This document shows positions 50,900 through 62,799 of a DNA stretch of 64,000 nucleotides, one piece after another. Below the pieces are notes generated by a model. That model was given only the letters and a program-made list of their open reading frames with translations, was not told the origin of the DNA and did no database searches. Numbering within the stretch: position 1 is the stretch's first letter; each line of letters opens with the position of its first letter. Both the position numbers and the translations under genes were made by a program. This DNA is from Takakia lepidozioides (Eukaryota; Plantae; Bryophyta): the NCBI GenBank assembly GCA_030704615.1, contig CM060733.1, positions 63,054,001-63,118,000 of the forward strand, written 5' to 3'.

Positions 50900-52340
50900 A
50901 GTTCAAAGGGCACAAACAATGTGCCTCCAATTAGGGGTGTGTTGAACATGGCACACTGGCCGTGTTTGGCCCATATTGACATAAAAAACAGGCACAGAGG
51001 GGGGCACAGGCAGTGTGCGTTGCCGCACACTCTTTGGTGCTTCCAACTACGGGTGTTTTGAACATGGTACACTCGCCCTGTGTGGCACATTTAGACATCA
51101 AACATGGCCCATTTTTAAATAAAAAAAACAGGCTGAGAGGGGTGCACAAACAGTGTGCGTTGACGCACACTGTTAGGTGCTTCCAACTATGGGGTTATTT
51201 GGCATGGCATTCAGGCCTTGTGTGGCCCATTTGGACATCCAGAAACAGGCTGAGAGAGGGGCACAAATAGTGTGCGTTGACGCACACTCTTTGGTGCTTC
51301 CAACTATGGGTGTTTTGAACTTGGCACACTGGCCCTGTGTGGCCCATTTAGACATGAAAAAACAACTAGAAAGGGGGGCACAAACAGTGTGCTTTGACGC
51401 ACACTGTTTGGTGCTTCCAACTATGGGGTTTTTTGGCATGGCATTCTGGCCCTGTGTGGCCCATTTGGACATCCAGAAACAGGCTGAGAGAGGGGCACAA
51501 ACAGTGTGCGTTGACGCACACTCTTTGGTGCTTCCAACTACGGGTGTTTTGAACTTGGCACACTGGCCCTGTGTGGCCCGTTTAGACATGAAAAAACAAC
51601 TAGAAAGGGGGGCACAAGCAGTGTGCGTTGACTCACACTGTTTGGTGCTTCCAACTATGGGGTTTTTTGACATGGCATTCTGGCCCTGTGTGGCCCATTT
51701 GGACATCCAAAAACATGCTGAGAGAGGGGCACAAACAGTGTGCGTTGACGCACACTGTTTGGTGCTTCCAACTATGGGTGTTTTGAACTTGGCACACTGC
51801 CCCTGTGTGGCCTTTTTTGACATGAAAAAACAACTAGAAAGGGGGGCACAAATAGTGTGCGTTGACGCACACTGTTTGGTGCTTCCAACTATGGGGTTTT
51901 TTGGCATGGCATACTGGCCCTGTATGGCCCATTTAGACATCAATAAACAAGCATAAAGGGAGGACAAACAGTGTGCTTTGAAGCACACTGTTTGGTGCTT
52001 CCAATTGGGGGTTTTTTGACATGGCATATATACTGGCCTTGTGTGGCCCATTTGGACATCAAAAAACAGGCTGAGAGAGGGGCACAGATAGTGTGCGTTG
52101 CCGCACACTCTTTGGTGCTTCCAACTACGGGTGTTTTGAACATGGTACACTGGCCCTGTGTGGCACATTTAGACATCAAACATGCCCCATTTTTAAATCA
52201 AAAAATAGGCTGAGATGGGTGCACAAACTGTGTGCGTTGACGCACACTGTTTGGTGCTTCCAACTTTGGGTGTTTTCAACTTGGCACACTGGCCCTGTGT
52301 GGCATATTTAGACATCAAAAAACAACTCGAAAAGGGATAG
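50900..52340. repeat. 117-bp tandem array, each unit carrying the palindrome CAGTGTGCGTTGACGCACACTG
   Basis: Eleven palindromes at ~51011, 51151, 51268, 51385, 51502, 51619, 51736, 51853, 51969, 52089 and 52229. Units alternate A/B, giving a 234-bp higher-order repeat. Confidence 0.95.
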
Positions 52341-52365
52341 CGTGGATATGGCTAGAAATCTTCTG

Positions 52366-54816
52366 AGGCAGGAATTCCACAATGCCCCTTGTGCAACACC
52401 TTCTGCTATAGCGCTTGCAGCTAGCAAGGCATTCCTGGAAAAACAACCAATGTTGGATGGAGATTCGATTGATGCAGTGATGGACCATTTCTCCATGTTG
52501 AGCTCTCTAATAATCGAAACCCGGTGAATGCACCTAGAATGGGCACAGGCACTGCTGGATTCATGGACAACATTATGGACCTCAAACGGAGGAGTCGCTA
52601 TGAATTCATTCAAAACAGTATCTTCCCTGGCCAGGGCTCGTCCAAGGTGTATTTGTTCAAGATGTCCACAGTGGGCGAAGGCAGTGCTGTGAGCAATGTC
52701 CGCCGAATGCAACCTGGAGGAGATTTGGCAAAATGTTGGTTAATGTTTGATCACTGCAAACGGGTGAAGGGTTGGACAACCATGGCGTGCCATGTGTATG
52801 ATCCAGTGTACCAGCGTGTGCTCTCCATAGCAATTTGTGATATGCAGTCGGAGGACACTGAATCCCAGATGCTCATGTGGAATTCGCTCCTGGCCGTCAT
52901 GCAGCGCAATGGAATACAGAACACAAATTTTGCGGGCTTCATGGCTGATAGTGCACAGGCAAAATTCAATGCAATGCGGCGCGTCTTTGGTTCGGGGGAT
53001 CCTAAGGTCCCAATGGTAAATAGGGAGCGCACATGCCTCTTCCATTGGAGTCAATCTCGGGCACGTCATACAAAGCGTTGCATTCGCCCTGACCTTCAGT
53101 TGGAGCACAGAAGGCTCTGCCTCAAGTACAAAAATGCCACCTCAATGGAAGAAGCTGAGAGCACTTACCAAGCAATCCGGGCTTGGTGGCTGCTACTGGT
53201 ATCCACCTGAAGGAGTTGGAGGACTGGTTGGTTTTCTGGCACTTCAGGTACAGACAGTGGGGATCTTTCATGACGACGGTAAGCCTCTTCAATCCTAGAA
53301 ACATAAATTTCACTTTGCATCGTGCCTGTTCATTTGGGGTTGTTGGATTGTCACTTGCAGAACCTCTTCCATTTCCTCGCATTTCCATGCAATGCCTCCA
53401 GCAGGACATGTCCTTGGAGGACTTGGCCGAAATGCCATCCTGTAATTTGGCGGAGACTGTTCACAACGCCTGGATGCAGCAGTCTACCAAAGCAGGACGT
53501 GACTTGTATGTGGCCATTGCTGATGACATGGTGCGGGCACTTACACAACAAACCAGATACCGCAATTTTCTGATGGGGCGGTGAGGAGGCAAGGGCCCTG
53601 ATACGACTTTGTTGATGTTAAAGGCTGCGAGCAGGTCCGGAGACCCATCGAAGATGGTGAGAGCTCTGAACAGGTGCACTGAAGGCTCCCCTTTGCAATC
53701 CAGGGTCCCCCATTTGGAAGGCGAGGAAACATTTGGATCATGCAAAAGGAAATTGAACACTCTTCCAGGGTCGGATGGAGATTCCCATCGGCCGGACAGG
53801 GTCAATTTCTCTGTACCAAAGGTGTCTCCGGTGCAGACTAAGTAATGTGCCCGCCCCTTCCCAGGTGGGTGCTCTTCCAGTGGAGCAGGTGCAAATCATG
53901 CAAGCACAGCAGCAGGAATCCCATTGGAGGAGGTGGTGTCCTTGGTGCATGAATCTGATTGCATTGACAGTGAGTGGCATATGGAACGCACCCCACCAGG
54001 ATTTAGAGTGGCTTGCATAGCAGTTCGGACCCCCTCTTTCAAGAAATGCAAATAAAAAATATGCAAAGGCTCCAAGGGGACTCCAACTCCAACATTCACA
54101 AGGTTGTTTTGACTTTATCATAGTGGGGAGTCAAAAGACCACAAGTTCTGGTTCTGCCCAGACGATATGGCATGATGCGTCAAGGGAATAGTTCGTCCTT
54201 CAGTGATAATGAAGCCCCCTCCGCCCGCAATTTGGCCTGTGAAACTTGGGACGTTGCTGTCATCAACCGAGATAAGCATGCTGGAGGAGGGGGGTTTCCG
54301 TCTTTCACGGTCCCGGGTGGTGCCCTCATGCACTCTGGGCACAGATGTGCCACATGCTCCGGCAATGTCTCCACCCGGTGCCGACTTCCACCCAACAAAA
54401 AGAGATGGAAAAATAGTGCCATGTGTCGCTTCGGGTGCAGATCACGACTGCAAGATGGAATCGGCTAGAATGTTGCAGGCTCGGGTGACTCGTATAACCG
54501 AAGTCCCGGCCCCGGGGTATGGACGGATTTACACAGTGTTGTCTACTGGCTCAGTTCTTCATGGCAAAGAATATCAGGTTACCGTGGGGAATTTCCCTGC
54601 GTGCACTTGTCTGGATTTTGTAAGATGCGTGAGGGCGCTCTCGAAATGAGAGGGAAGTGGGTCCCCTGCAAGCATCAATATTACATATACCTTATAATTA
54701 TGTACTGCGACGGTAACAGAGACCAATTCATTCACCAGGCCACACTAGGCTATGGAGAAGTCATCACTCTTCTACAGCGAGACACCTGCCGTGGGGCTCC
54801 GCCAGATTCTCAATGA
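52366..54816 (+). pseudogene. Mutator-like DDE transposase with SWIM finger (element D)
   Basis: Paralog of 43725-46203 with additional stops and frameshifts. Confidence 0.85.
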
Positions 54817-56663
54817 ACAAAAATGAGCCATGCCCACTCCCCGTGCTGGTTTCCAGCTTATCGTGTGGAGTCTTTGCATGTAGGACGGACACATACATTT
54901 TATTCGCGGAACCAGGGCAATTGCACATGTCATTCATTGTAGGCGTCTTTCTTTGAATTGAAATAAAGTGTGACGATCATTCTGAGCTCAAATCTGCCAT
55001 ATGTTCATATTCCTCTTTTTGTGCAAACATTGCAGACATGGTGCATGGTGGCCCCTTTGTTTTGTCCACGGTAATAGGCCCTCTTCCTGCAATCCTCGCC
55101 TATATGGCCTGCTTCTCCAGCACATTTGTGCCGCTCACGCTTCCCTGAAGCGTGAGCTCGGCTCATGCTTTGCAGCTACAACGTGAGCTCAGCTCCCAGG
55201 CTCACGCCGTAGCTACGCTGCACTGCAGGGTTCTTGCTGACTCAATTTTGCACTCGTTTTCGGGACCTGCCCCAACACGACGGACCGGTTTTCCATTTCA
55301 TTTCGTAGGCCAGTTGTTCCCATGTGGTGGACGTGGGGGGAATGCGGATTGCAAACCCGACATGAAACTGGTGTTATGACTGTTGGGCCTCCTGGAAGAC
55401 AAAACCCGGCATCCTCCAGCATCTCAATTTCTTGCTTCGACAGACATGTTCCCAACTTCACTGGCCACATGGCTGGAATTTGAGGCTTGCTGAGGACTGA
55501 ATCCCGACAAGTCCCCATCACACAACGCTGATTGTCATCAGGGCAAAACCAGAACTTGTGAGGCTTGGACTCTCGCGCACCGTAATGTTTGAATAAACCT
55601 GTGAAAGACGAGGCAGGAGTTCCGCCTCCGCCCCTAGAAATCTTGCTGGTGCACTTCACAAAGGACAATGCCCTAACAACAGAACACCCAACTTTTGATC
55701 CTTGGGCTGTCCGTTCAATGTGCCACATTGCATCAACACAAACGGACTCTTCCATCGCCATCATCATCTCTCCCTCTCCCCGCACTAGAGCAAAGGGATA
55801 TGAAGCATTGTATACAGCAGAAGAACAGGCACCGATAGAGGGACTGTAGTGTGAGTGCAGGGGGTAAAAATTCAAGTTTTTGTTTGGCATCAGGTTTCGG
55901 CACTACTACAAAGGGAGTGCCCTTCGTGCTAATGAAGGGGAGGAATTGTCCATAACTTGAGGTAATTCCATGGAAAGACTATGCTATTGATCTGCCAAGA
56001 ACAAAATATGGCTAAGTTATGACATGCGCCTTTTTCATCCCTAGGATGAATGATTTTCATCCATGATGTTGAACCCTAGAAGCAGGATGTGAAATTCGAA
56101 GGGGAAGAGTGCGTGTATCTTTTCGCAGCTGCTGCAGTGGTGTTGGCAGCACAGGATATCTCAGAAAGTTCCACCTACGCAAAGGGTATCAGCTTGCTTT
56201 TAAGAGAAATGTTAAGAGCTCCTGCTTGGCTTTCTGTGCAAGAAGAAGCGGTGCCGCCTTCTTCGTAAGCAATGATCAAACCAGAGGGATCAGGTTTGTG
56301 ATAAGGGCGGTGCACCACTGCTGTCGCCATTGTCTTGATGAGCACATTAATGAGGAGATGGAGCGGCTCAGCAGGTGTTGGGGGATGAGAAATGCAGGTT
56401 GGTGTGTATAGCGCCTCAGGTTGTCTGTGATCAAATCTTGTAGCTGCTGTCTGTTTTTGAGCTTTAGGACCAGATCACTTTGTAAGGGAATCAGCTTGCC
56501 TTAAAGAGCGACGTTAAGGGATCTGGCTTGGCATTCTGTGCAAGAGGAAGCGGTGCCGCCTTCTGGTGTGTATGGCGCTTAAGCTATCTATAATTAAGTT
56601 TTGTATCTGCTCTCTGTCTTAAAGGCTGTAGGACCAGATCACTTCATAGGGAAGAAATGCACA

Positions 56664-58163
56664 TGTAGAAGGATAGGGTAGAGGTTGGCAGGCACAAGGA
56701 TGTGCCAGCAGCTGAAGCAGAGCCGTCATGCCTTAATGAGGACTGGAATCACGATGAGAAGAAACGTCGGAAATGGCTGACGAGGGAGAGGACAAGGTGC
56801 CTTCTTGACAGGCAGACCCACCGCTTCAATGAGTATAAGACAGATAAGTTTGAAGAGTGGCCCTCTCTTTTTTGGTGACTTAGAAATCGCTTTGTGAAGT
56901 TTGGACTGTCTCTTGTATGTAGTAAGAGACACTGACATGTGAGGAAGAAAAAGAGCTTTGGAAATGGAATGAAGACACTGGACTTCAAACCAGGATGGAC
57001 TGGAGATGGATGCACCTGCTGTTACATTGTACAGTAGGAAAAATGAATGGAAACAGGGTTGATTCGTTGCTGGGACAGAATGGTTGCTGCTGTTGTATTC
57101 TTGTTCTTTGTTTCAGCGTCATGAGCTTGTACAAACAATCTAGCCTGGGATGTTGACACATTGCAGTCAATGTGGAACTAGCTTAGTAGGTAGAGGAAAC
57201 CAGTGAGAGCTAGATAGAACTGTTTGGAAACAACAAGAAGGGATGATGTGGATGGGGCAGAAAAACCAACATCTGTTTGGGTTTGGATCTGATTCTCAGG
57301 GTGCTCTCAGCATGTGAACCACTGAGGTTCACAGTTGATGGGAAAAAGAGAGCTGTCAGGGTGTGTAAATTGAGACCTGTAGAAGGGTTGAGAGCTGTCT
57401 TGGGCAAATGGCTACACCTGGGAAAAGTGGAGTGTGAAGCATCTGTCATTGGCAAGAGAGGGACTGATAAAAGGGCTGATTATATCTTGTGTGACCAAGG
57501 TTGATTTCAATGCTGGGTGCACTGGATGCTTGGCTGAATGCGCATTGCATTGCATCATAGACATGCTACAGTGGAAAGAGTGAGGAACCTACTCACCCTG
57601 AAAGAAAGAGAGAGGGAGAGAGAAAAGGACATAAGGGAGAGAGCTGACCAGCAAGAGGGGATGGAGAGGAATGGATGATTGGGGCGGTAAGATAAAGAAA
57701 GCATGAACCCATGAAGGGCCAAACTGGTGGGCCTGCAACTCATGGCAGATCTGAGTTGCCTCCTTCCAAATCGTGATCTTATTACAAAGGGGATTCCATT
57801 TGTTGCTGACCAAGGGAGCTGCCCACAAGGGCAGTGGTCATCACTGACGTAGGGCTGGTTGCATCACTGAAGACAGCATGGTAACATGGCTGGTGCAGTG
57901 TACCAGGGAGAGGATGTCGTGTAGAAGTAGAACCACGGGTGAAAACAATACAGACTCCCCATCCATGTCTTCTCTTCCGCTGCGGCGTGGATGAGGATTG
58001 TGTGAACTCTGATCATGAAGGACCTGAGGGAAACCCACACCGAGTGACGATGGTTGGATCACTTGAGAGGAGAGCTCCTTTCCTTCCCTCCAATTGACCT
58101 GGGGAGGAGCACAACTAGACTTGCACAGAAGGGGATTCACGCCCCTTCTTTTGGTATCAGAGC
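56664..58163 (+). mobile_element. 5' LTR and tRNA-iMet primer-binding site of an LTR retrotransposon, interrupted downstream by element F
   Basis: Canonical PBS TGGTATCAGAGC at 58152-58163. Putative LTR start TGTAGAAGG at 56664, with a partly complementary end CCTTCT near 58149. Confidence 0.6.
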
Positions 58164-58864
58164 TAATGTTAAATCTTGATTTCTACTAGCTAGGGATCTT
58201 GACTGAGGGGTTTCACACTACAGGGAGGTTTACTATTTCATGAGCGCATGAGCCTATGAGCGCATGAGCCCATGAGCCCATGAGCCTATGAGCTCATGAG
58301 CGGACATCCGCGGAATTGGAATTTTCCTGCCTTTATTGACGGTGTTATGTCCTCTTACCTCGGTAATAGGGTCTGTTTCTCCTGGTCCAGGATGCGGATG
58401 AGGTATTTCGGCGCCATTATTTCCAAGAGCAGTGTGCTAAAATGGTGTTTTGAAGACATCCACCGGGGTATTTCGGCACCGAAATTACCTCTTAAAATGT
58501 GATATAGTGCGGTATTTAATGGCGCAGAACGGGCTATTTGGGCGCCAAAATACCCAAGTGGAATGTGCTGAAGTGCCTTGTGCTGAAGGCTTCCATCGCG
58601 ATATTTTGGTACAGTAATTCATCCGTGGAATTTTTGAGGCCCATATAACGAAGGCGCGCATTGGGCTATTTCGGTGCCAAATTTCCCAATAGGAATGTTA
58701 GAAACGGCAGGGTTTTCATGGCTTCAAGTTCTCGGCTCGATGGTGTGCATAAATTACTTGTAGGGTTCTTCAATGAAGTTTGCGTCTCTTCTGCTTTTAT
58801 TATACATTTTGGTTGGCGGAAGAAATGTAGGGAATCGGACAAGCAGTCTGAACACAATGATTTT

Positions 58865-59551
58865 TCAAATCGTCAATATTTTCATTAAGTGTTTCAGAAC
58901 TGTACAACAAAAGGATCCAAATGAGACTTTGCTATGGTGAGGATCCGCTATCACTGTCCGATGCATCCCCGGCCTCATGCAAGGATGGTTGCCTTCCACC
59001 TGCCTCCGAACCTGCACTGCCGCTACCGCTGTTACTCTGAGAAGCCCTCCCCTCAAAAATACCATCCTCACTAGCCGGAACTGTCCACCTGGGTGCGGAA
59101 GTGTCCTCAACATTTCCCTCGCTCTCTCGGACGCGCATTCTATTACGAACTTCCCTACTCTGCCTTTCACAATTCTATGTTTGGCCTCACGCCTCATTAT
59201 AATTCTCTGCTCATTCCCGTATGTCAATTGCTCTAACCGAGTAGGCCTATCCTCCCTGCTGATGGCTTCTCTGGCAGCCGTGTCTGCATAGGCTGGTAGA
59301 AAAAAAGGCTTCTGGGGACTCGCGAGAAACGATTTTCTGGCAAAGAATGGCCGATGCGATTCTGTCTCTTCCTCTGCAACAGGGTCCGATTCGGGCAAGT
59401 CTCCCAGCTTCTCCTCGTCGGACGACTCTGCAAGGTTGAGTGTACGCACAAACATAGAATGAAGTACATTAGAGAATTCAAACAGGGAATCATCGGCAGG
59501 TTGCATGGTCCCTACAACCGAAACCAATACACTTACTATGGTGCAACTCAC
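58865..59551 (-). CDS. Hypothetical 228-aa ORF in element F
   Basis: Long open frame with an acidic N-terminal part and a basic C-terminal part. No recognised motif. Confidence 0.3.
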   Translation of the reverse strand: MSCTIVSVLVSVVGTMQPADDSLFEFSNVLHSMFVRTLNLAESSDEEKLGDLPESDPVAEEETESHRPFFARKSFLASPQKPFFLPAYADTAAREAISREDRPTRLEQLTYGNEQRIIMRREAKHRIVKGRVGKFVIECASERAREMLRTLPHPGGQFRLVRMVFLRGGLLRVTAVAAVQVRRQVEGNHPCMRPGMHRTVIADPHHSKVSFGSFCCTVLKHLMKILTI

Positions 59552-60600
59552 TCGAAGACAGGCATTGGGGGAAGCGGCTTCGGGCGCCCTTGCATCGAAC
59601 GAATTTCCTGGACTTCCTCCTCTTCATCTTCCTCCTCCCCTTCCACGTCATCTTCTGCGTTTTTGGGATCCTCAGTCGGAGGCAAACGCTGAAGGCCCGC
59701 CAAATTGTAATCGTACAAGGCCGTATATCCCTCAAATGAGAACACAAATCGGTTCGACATCCTTCCCGCCCACATACAGGCACCTGCAAATTCATACGAC
59801 ACAACCACAACCAAACTCAAGAATGAGTCGCTTCCTCGCACAAGCAAACATACACAAACGGAAATGGTGTCAATTTTGGTGCCGCATTCAATTAACGTTC
59901 TCACCTGTATTTGCAGTGATGTCGAGGACCCTGCCTTCAACATCCGTACATGTTTCCATGAGCGTCTGGGATGAATGCATGACTCCTGGTCCTGCCATAC
60001 CTCCATGGCTTGCCCGACAAATCACAAAGAATGTCCTTCTCTCCCACATGGTTGAACAGGACGTTATACTCCAGTGGATCAACTATGGAATCAACAAGTC
60101 TTCCTGTTTCACGTAATTTGAATTTCTAATGTTTTTCACGAAGCAAAATGCCTGAAAGATAAGAGTCTGCAGAGAAGGAAATGTCCTGGAGGTTTTGCTC
60201 CTCCGCAAGCTCCAGCAGGTTCTGATCGTCGCCAAGTCGTACCACGTTGTCGTCCTCTCCTTCTGTCAGCTCAATGGGCCGCCCTTCTGCAGATCCAACT
60301 CCCACATCTCCAGCGACCTCCACCGCATCCGTGTTTTTGAAATTGACTGCAAACCCAATATCTCTGCTTCCAGTCTCCCTAGGGGTTTTACTGGCGAAGC
60401 CATGGGCTCCTTCTGCTTCCTCGACTTCCGAACTCTAGGTGGGCTTTTCTGAGGCGATATCTGAGGTGTTGAATGAGGACTCGCCTGCCTCGATGCACTT
60501 CCACCTTGCGAGCGCAGCACCCGGGCAGGAGTATCCAAAGACTGTGTTGCTTCGCCCCCCTGCGATCCCTCCCCAGCTCCCATGTCAAACAAACAGGAAA
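59548..60600 (-). pseudogene. Accessory gene remnant of F with MTase SAM-binding exons
   Basis: Exon 60151-59905 (GKPWRYGRTRSHAFI/QTLMETCTDVEGRVLDITANTG) and exon 59783-59548 (GACMWAGRMSNRFVFSFEGY), aligned to the D and E exons with the same intron. Confidence 0.7.
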
Positions 60601-61069
60601 ACATGAGACACTGCACGCAAAAAAAAAGGTGTAAAAGGAATATTGCGTATGGAGTGCTTCACATCCGCAAAGCACGAATCTCTCACTGGTGGGCGATCCG
60701 AGTCTCCGGATAACGAGGTCTACATTTCATGCATGAGACGGAGCTTAAGTCGTGTCGTCGGCGGCTTCCCAAAATCCCGCGTCCTCCTTCTCTTTGCCGG
60801 AGTCACCTGACCTTCCACAAACTCTATGCTACCACTATGTCGCATAAGGAGAGGAAACGCAGGAGAATGTCACTGCAGAAGGGCAAGGAGCGAGAGAGCG
60901 AAGCGGTGGAACATGCAACCACTCTACAGATGTGTAAGCAACCACGTCTCCCGAAGCGTTGCCACCGTCCACCACTTTCTGGGTGATGAAGAGATTGTGA
61001 CCCCTGACACGTTCGCACGGATGAACTGGAACACGACGCGTGCCAGTTCCAGCCACCAGATGGTTTATC

Positions 61070-62640
61070 CGAATTGCGGCACCGAAATACCTTCCGTTCA
61101 CCGGATGCTGTTCCTGGAGCAGCCGACATTGAAATATCCGCACATCATGAAACCCAACCGCCATGAAAATCCCCTGCCTATGACATTCAACAGTCAGGTC
61201 GGTACGTTTCATCAGCGACGGCGCCGAAATTCATCCTATTCAAGTGCTTTCGTACACAAACTTACAAATTTCGGCGCCGCAATTCATCGCTTCCCAAGTC
61301 CTCATTCGTCATGAGCAAACATGTCAGTGGGATATCGGAGCCGGAATTAATTCCGGAACAGTGGAAACGGCTGCACTTGGGCACATTTCATCCATATTTC
61401 GGCGCCGAAATTCATTACGAATATCTCCGTCCACGCGTAGACGAGCGCCGAAATTCATCCAGAGCGAAGACTAAATCGGCACCATGCTATGCTTTGCCGC
61501 CATCATTGCCCCTGACGGATGCTGTCCATGCCTGTTGGACTTGCCATTTCTGGACATTTAACTATAATTTCGGCGCCGAAATTATACTTTATGTGCGGCA
61601 ACGTCCCGTGCGAAAAAGACCACTTAATGGAACTGTCGGTTTCAAATGAAAAAACGGCTAAAATACAATTAATTTTGACATGGGTTCAATATGCCGATTT
61701 CTCCATTAAATGCAGAATATTGTCGGAACGGGGTATTTCCAACGATTTACGGAAAATTATATCACACAGAAGCAAATAGTAAGTGTCGGGTTTGGACGAG
61801 TTTCGGCGCCGAAATTCATCCGTCGCATAGAAAATGTAATATTAGAGTTACTCATTGCGGACAGTAAGGATGAATTTCGGCGCCGAAATTCATCCATTTC
61901 AATATTGGAGGGAGGGCATTGGATGAATTTCGGCGCCGAAATCCGGCGCTCAAACCCTGAAAAGAATTTGGAGGGATGGAGTCGGTTGAATTTCGGCGCC
62001 GAAATTCATTGCTCGCGAAAAAAAAAAAAATTCGGGAGGATTCGGATGAATTTCGGCGCCGAAACGCGAAGAAAAAAAAAAAATCGGGAGGACTTCGGAT
62101 GAATTTCGGCGCCGAAATTCATTGCTCGCGAAGAAAAAAAAAATTCGGGAGGACTTCAGATGAATTTCGGCGCCGAAATTCATTGCTGGCGAAGAAAAAA
62201 AAAATTCGGAGGACTTCGGATGAATTTCGGCGCCGAAATTCATTGCTCGCGAAGAAAAAAGAAAATTAGAAGGGAGGACTTGGATGAGATTCGGCGCCGA
62301 AGTTCATCTGTCGCAAAGAAAAGAAAAAAAAAAAAAAAACTTCAGATGAATTTCGGCACCGAAATCCATCCGCAGGGCAGCAGAATTAGGGTCGGAAAAG
62401 GAGATGAAGAATGAATTTCGGCGCCGAAATACGTCCATTCTGCCGATTCAGGATTACTGTCATTCGGATGTCGGCACCGATATCCGGACACGTGGTGAAT
62501 CACGACTGTAATCAGGAACACATTCATCTGTATTTTGGCATCCAAATTTCATGTGCAAAATTTCATGCACCGAAATCCATCCATGGATGCTTGGTCAGTT
62601 TCATGAGGTGAACAAATTACTATTTCTGTCGCCGGAATTT
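61070..62640. repeat. Array of palindromes GATGAATTTCGGCGCCGAAATTCATC (roughly 18-20 copies; ~60-bp tandem core at 61985-62370)
   Basis: Directly visible. Degenerate copies also occur at 58400-58690. Confidence 0.95.
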
Positions 62641-62799
62641 CCCCTGGCTTCCAAAGTTGTTACATGACAGAGATGTTCATCCAGATTTCGGTGCCTGATT
62701 ATTGTAGCCCAAGTGGTTGTACATTACAATTCAGGCACCAAATATCCGATGTGAACTTGCTGTTGTCGTCCGTTTTTGTAACGTACGTTACATACCTTC

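Larger units (their letters stand above)
38846..55221. mobile_element. MULE-family element D (most complete copy; ~9.5 kb excluding nested E)
   Basis: Ends G(n)CTATTCCGTGAGCC and GGCTCACGCCGTAGCTACGCTGC. 9-bp TSD ACTGC(G/A)GGG at 38837-38845 and 55222-55230. Confidence 0.88.
36427..55790 (-). mobile_element. MULE-family element C (oldest), split by the insertion of D; own sequence is 36427-38845 and 55222-~55790
   Basis: End GAGGGTAGCTACCGTGTGAGC at 36427. The SWIM C-terminus at 38514-38836 (CTCPDF...CKH) and the upstream part at 55222-55790 (KFWFCPDD...WPVKLGT) rejoin as ESARTLQCRVTQV when D is removed. Confidence 0.8.

Noticed and set aside
51173-52168. Long repeat-protein ORFs on both strands (331 aa and 259 aa)
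   Set aside because: A by-product of a 117-bp (39-codon) unit lacking stops in some frames. The conserved feature is DNA symmetry.
50900-52340. CRISPR array
   Set aside because: The spacers are copies of one another, there are no cas genes, and the context is eukaryotic and spliced. The same applies to 1131-1852, 37076-38388 and 61070-62640.
55901-55915. CACTA left end (CACTACTACAAA)
   Set aside because: No matching right TIR or subterminal repeats found in the window.
61950-62611. MNFGAEI / EFRRRNS repeat ORFs
   Set aside because: Translations of the palindrome array and poly-A tracts.
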